DNA of 63,859 bases, counting the filler, from Hyphochytrium catenoides (taxonomy: Eukaryota; Protista; Hyphochytriomycota): assembly GCA_900088475.1 (NCBI GenBank). It is 13 parts of 13 records of this genome, joined end to end, with 100 filler letters (N's around TTAATTAATTAA, not from the genome) between each part and the next. Parts side by side here need not be neighbours in the genome. Positions count along the whole stretch, not along the records: positions 55,416 to 61,450 come from FLMG01002749.1; positions 61,551 to 62,739 come from FLMG01002810.1; positions 62,840 to 63,859 come from FLMG01004380.1; 10 more parts are not named here. One strand, written 5' to 3'. The translations under genes were made by a program, and so were the position numbers. The notes under the pieces were generated by a model. The model made no database searches and had not been told where the DNA came from. It saw only the letters and a program-made list of their open reading frames with translations. Of the stretch, positions 59,901 through 63,859 are shown piece by piece. How positions within the stretch are numbered: position 1 is the stretch's first letter; each line of letters begins with the position of its first letter.

Positions 59901-60422
59901 AACATTCAGTCGCGAATTATTCTCGGCGATGTTTACCTCAGTAGCCGTAATTTTATATGGTATCCGAAATTTAAGGCACGCTGGGGCAGAGTGTGTAGGC
60001 TGCTCGCAGCTCGCTACTGTTTGCCCCAAAATATCAATGTAGGACGGTGGCAATTCAGGGTACGGGACACTAAAATGGAGAGTGGGGCCCATTAAAAGTG
60101 GGCACCACCTCTTAGAATCGTTAACAAGAGCTAATAGTGGATAATCATCATCATGGGCAGATCTCGCCCGAAAGTGGTGTTCGCTTTCAATCATGAACGT
60201 TATCCTTCTCCTTCTTGTTCCTGGTGCATCATCAATAATGTCTACGGCGGAGGCAGAGGATGATGCATATAAGAGTGATGATGATGGGCCTGCTCTCCAA
60301 TAGGAAGTCGTCCCTGCTGGGCTAACTGCAGAAGATGTCGTCTTCTTCTCTCGACAACAAGGTGTATCCTCGATTATCTACCTTTCCATATTATCAAGAG
60401 AATGAGCGCTGGCACTAACTCG

Positions 60423-60602
60423 TTATGATGATGAGTAGAGAATGAAATAGAATACTACGCTGTTACTTTTAATACCTGGCGTGCGCTTCTTCATTCATCA
60501 TTGTTGTTTTGAACGAAGATTGCTGATCATGCTCAAGGGCACATAGCAATATATTAAAGTAACAGCGTAGTATTCTACTTCATTTTCTACTCGTCATCAT
60601 AA
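60423..60602. repeat. Long inverted repeat / hairpin (~52-bp arms, 77-nt spacer)
   Basis: 60423-60474 is the reverse complement of 60552-60602 apart from 3 transitions and a 1-nt indel. Confidence 0.92.
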
Positions 60603-61550
60603 GGTCGCAGTATTAACTGATGATTCACGGACGAAGGGAGTCATGAACTGCAGCAGCAGCAGAAATGTCACCTCGTTAAACACTGCTATCCAGGGGAAGA
60701 AGATAGGCCGTTTCCAAGTCCTCCCTCCTCTCTCCCTCCTCCTCCTGTACAAGTGCAGAAGATGATATCGTGCACTGTTGGAAGCTGCATCATCATCAGG
60801 TCGTCCGGATGTAGTGGCAATAAGAATCTATACCACCGTCCTCCTCCTAGACAGAAAGCTCCCTGCTATTACATCAGAATGACGACGAGGAGGAGGCATA
60901 TCATAATCTCCTCCTCATGTCATTCAAGCAACGCATCCATTCATCACTATCATCTCTTGTTGGGAGGAGGAGGAGCCGAAGGAGGACAGAAGAATAAGAA
61001 CAATATCTATTTTAATAAAAATAAGTACTACTGTACCCAATCATCTCCACAAGTAAGGAGCCTCTTCCGAAGATACTGTTTTGTCACACGGAAGTAGTTT
61101 TCGGTAGGACAGGATCATCACCCCTTCAAGTCCTCATTACAAAGAAGTTTTGGTTGTTTTGGCCAGTCCGAAAGCAATGCCGTAAATAGAAAGCTGCCAA
61201 AACAAAAACTTAGGCATATCCTCCTACTGCCGAAAGCAACGATAACGTTGAGAAAGTGGACAGGGTTGATGCCGACCTTTGTATCCTTTGCCCTGTGTAT
61301 CTCGGATCAATTACTTTCGGGCAGTAGAACTATCACTTGAGTCTGTCTGTCGCTTCGTTTGAGAGATTGCACGGGCGCTGTCCACTGCGTTCTCCTCTCT
61401 TTCTCTTTTCTCACTCTCTCTCTTCCTCTTTCTCTCTCTTTCTCTCTCTCNNNNNNNNNNNNNNNNNNNNNNNNNNNNNNNNNNNNNNNNNNNNTTAATT
61501 AATTAANNNNNNNNNNNNNNNNNNNNNNNNNNNNNNNNNNNNNNNNNNNN

Positions 61551-62056
61551 AGAGAGAAGAGAGAGAGAGCGAGAAGAGAGAGAAGTGCCCGTCTTATTCT
61601 TCAAGGAAAGAAGATGCCGCATTCCTCTCGCAATGTTAAATGCTGTTTGTCCGTAGTAACACGCGAGACACACCCGCACGGGATCTGTGATGCCATACTG
61701 ACTGATAGTGAGAGAGAAAGAGAGAGAGAAAAAGAGAGAGAGAGTGGGACGGAGAGAGGAGAAGAGAGAGAGAGAGAGACGAAAAGGGAAAGGACAGGTG
61801 AAGGCGGAATTTCATCAAGCGACGGAAAAAGGTGAAGGCTAAGTCACAATGGGAAGAAAGAAAGAAAGAAGGAAAGAGAGAGAAAGAGAGGGAGAGAGGG
61901 AGAAAGAGAGAGAGAGAGACCTACGGAGAGGCTTTGATAGAGTGAGTTCAGAAAAAGAGGAAGGCTGAGGGTAAAGCTAAGCAAGACAAAGACGCGCTGG
62001 CGGAGTAATAAGGTACAGAGAAGGTTAAGAATGGAGTAGACCGTGACATGGGGGCA

Positions 62057-62097
<41 letters not shown>

Positions 62098-62206
62098 TCA
62101 CGGCAATGCAGTTTTTAGCTCCCTCGGACAATGATCCTCGCAGAAGATTCCTCCGCATGAACGGCAAAAGTGCTGGTAACAAGAAAGAATGTCCGTAGAC
62201 AGGGGT

Positions 62207-62251
<45 letters not shown>

Positions 62252-62388
62252 AGAGGGGAGAGAGTTGGACAGAAGCGAGTTAGAAAGCCCTTTTTGACCC
62301 AGTATGAGAGAGAGACCAAAGAGATATGAGAGAGGAAGTAATCAATAATTGAAGTGGAGAAAAGAAGAGAAGAGACGATGGGACAAAG

Positions 62389-62421
<33 letters not shown>

Positions 62422-62555
62422 TTCTATAGAGAGGGAAACTTACCGCTTTCCAGGTCTGGGAGAACGTTGACTTGCAGTCCACGCATTCTGTCCCTGTTTT
62501 GAATTGAGGACGAGGAAGAAGAGAGGAGATAACGTCCTCACCATCGTCTTCTCTC
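61551..62555 (-). CDS. FYVE-type zinc finger protein (partial)
   Basis: Exons ~62555-62444, 62172-62102 and 61701 downward splice to PQFKTGTECVDCKSTFSQTWKA|HFCRSCGGIFCEDHCPRELKTALP|QYGITDPVRVCLACY. All 8 Cys are present, as is the RVC motif. Confidence 0.85.
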
Positions 62556-62839
62556 TTCAAAGAGGAAGAAGTGGGAGAGAGGGAGAAAGAGAGAGAAAGA
62601 AAGTGATAAGAACACCCACGAAACATTACAGAGAGAGAGAGAAGAGAGACAATGTAGGCGAAGGATGACAATGAACCAAGAAGGAGTCTGAGGAAAGGGC
62701 GAGAGAACGGGTATGGAGGAGAGAGAGAGAGAGAGAGAGNNNNNNNNNNNNNNNNNNNNNNNNNNNNNNNNNNNNNNNNNNNNTTAATTAATTAANNNNN
62801 NNNNNNNNNNNNNNNNNNNNNNNNNNNNNNNNNNNNNNN

Positions 62840-62870
<31 letters not shown>

Positions 62871-63859
62871 AAGGTAAGCGTAGCAATGGAAGAGCTTTTC
62901 TTACTTGAAAAGGATAGAGGAGAACCAAGAAGTGAACCTGGAGTGAAGGGGAACGAATGGAGGTTATATTCTGGAGAAAGACTCTGATAGCAGCCAAATG
63001 TTGGCTATAGAAAGCAGTGATAGACGTTTGCTGATAGAGCAACCGGCGCTTTTTCCATGTAGAGCTCTGCAACAAACCAATCAAATATAAGCTATTGCTG
63101 AGAGTGCGAGTCTTTTCTTTTCATTCATGGTGACGTCGTCTATCCCTTTCTTGCTCAACGCAACCTCTGCAACGCCTAAAGCTATGCTCCTGGGATCCAA
63201 GTAAGGGGCTCAGAAGCCCCCCAAGAGCAGGCGTAAGGCTTGACAATGGCAAGGCTCAAGATTCTTGGGCCCATCCTTAGCGCATGGGAACGAGACTTCA
63301 GCTTAAGAGATCCCAAGCCTGTCGTTCCAAACAACCCTGCAGCTAGTTTGCCATCTAGGCGTGGGCCTGGGACCCTTCTGGTCACTAGCCACTACTAAGG
63401 ATAGAAGACCAGTCATTGCCTGGCTCTGGCGGCAGGGGCAGGGCAACTGGCTGCCGCATGGACACGCAGTGTCGCGCTCCGTCCAAGCTGACCAGACTCA
63501 AAGTCTCAAGATTATGGCAGGTGAACAGTGAACGGACCGTGCTGAAACCCATAAATTGGTGTTTTGGGATATTGCGTAGAGCTATTTTCTCAATTTCGTG
63601 AAGGAAAGAAAGAATCGATCAGATGCAATCAATGAAATGAATAAATTCCGCTGTTTTACCCATTAAATGATGGGCTTTCTAATGTTTCACGTCAAGTTTT
63701 TGGGATGTAACATTTCCTGTTTGATTGTTCGTTCCCTCCAAAAAAGGTTTTTGTTTTTGGTTTTGCCGCATGGGGAAGGGCGCTATGAAATGCAGATGAA
63801 GCTCTGTCTGCATCTTTTCTGAAGATTATCGGATTCTGGAGCTTCAGCGACGGCCAACA

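Noticed and set aside
62840-63859. Possible minus-strand exon at ~62903-63066 (SSTWKKRRLLYQ...) with AG/GT boundaries
   Set aside because: No recognisable domain and no convincing upstream exon or start codon, so it cannot be supported

Overview
This is eukaryotic genomic DNA from an intron-rich, flagellated protist; the MBOAT motifs look stramenopile/oomycete-like, which is an inference. The window is 13 contigs joined by artificial ~100-nt N-TTAATTAATTAA-N spacers, so adjacency across spacers is unverified and many genes are partial. Introns are GT-AG, often with a CTAAC/CTRAY-like branch site, and (GA)n/(CT)n microsatellites are very abundant. Recognisable genes are an orphan secreted protein, a tandem PstS-like/ELAPOR-type Cys module/class C GPCR, CCDC33-like, DRC7, CAF-1 p60, an MBOAT lysophospholipid acyltransferase, Nup210, Rab GDI, MORN2-like, an EF-hand protein, a >2450-aa intronless DUF3712/LEA_2-like repeat protein, a PTEN-C2/CUE/RING-H2 protein, the 5' end of a GH5-like gene and a divergent FYVE protein. 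There is also a decayed LINE reverse transcriptase and a ~52-bp-arm hairpin. The best novelty candidates are (1) the GABA-B-type GPCR whose ectodomain is two PstS-like domains lacking the phosphate-binding motif, (2) the giant repeat protein, and (3) introns with GA-rich 5' halves and CT-rich 3' halves that could self-pair. All assignments come from manual motif recognition; no database searches were run.
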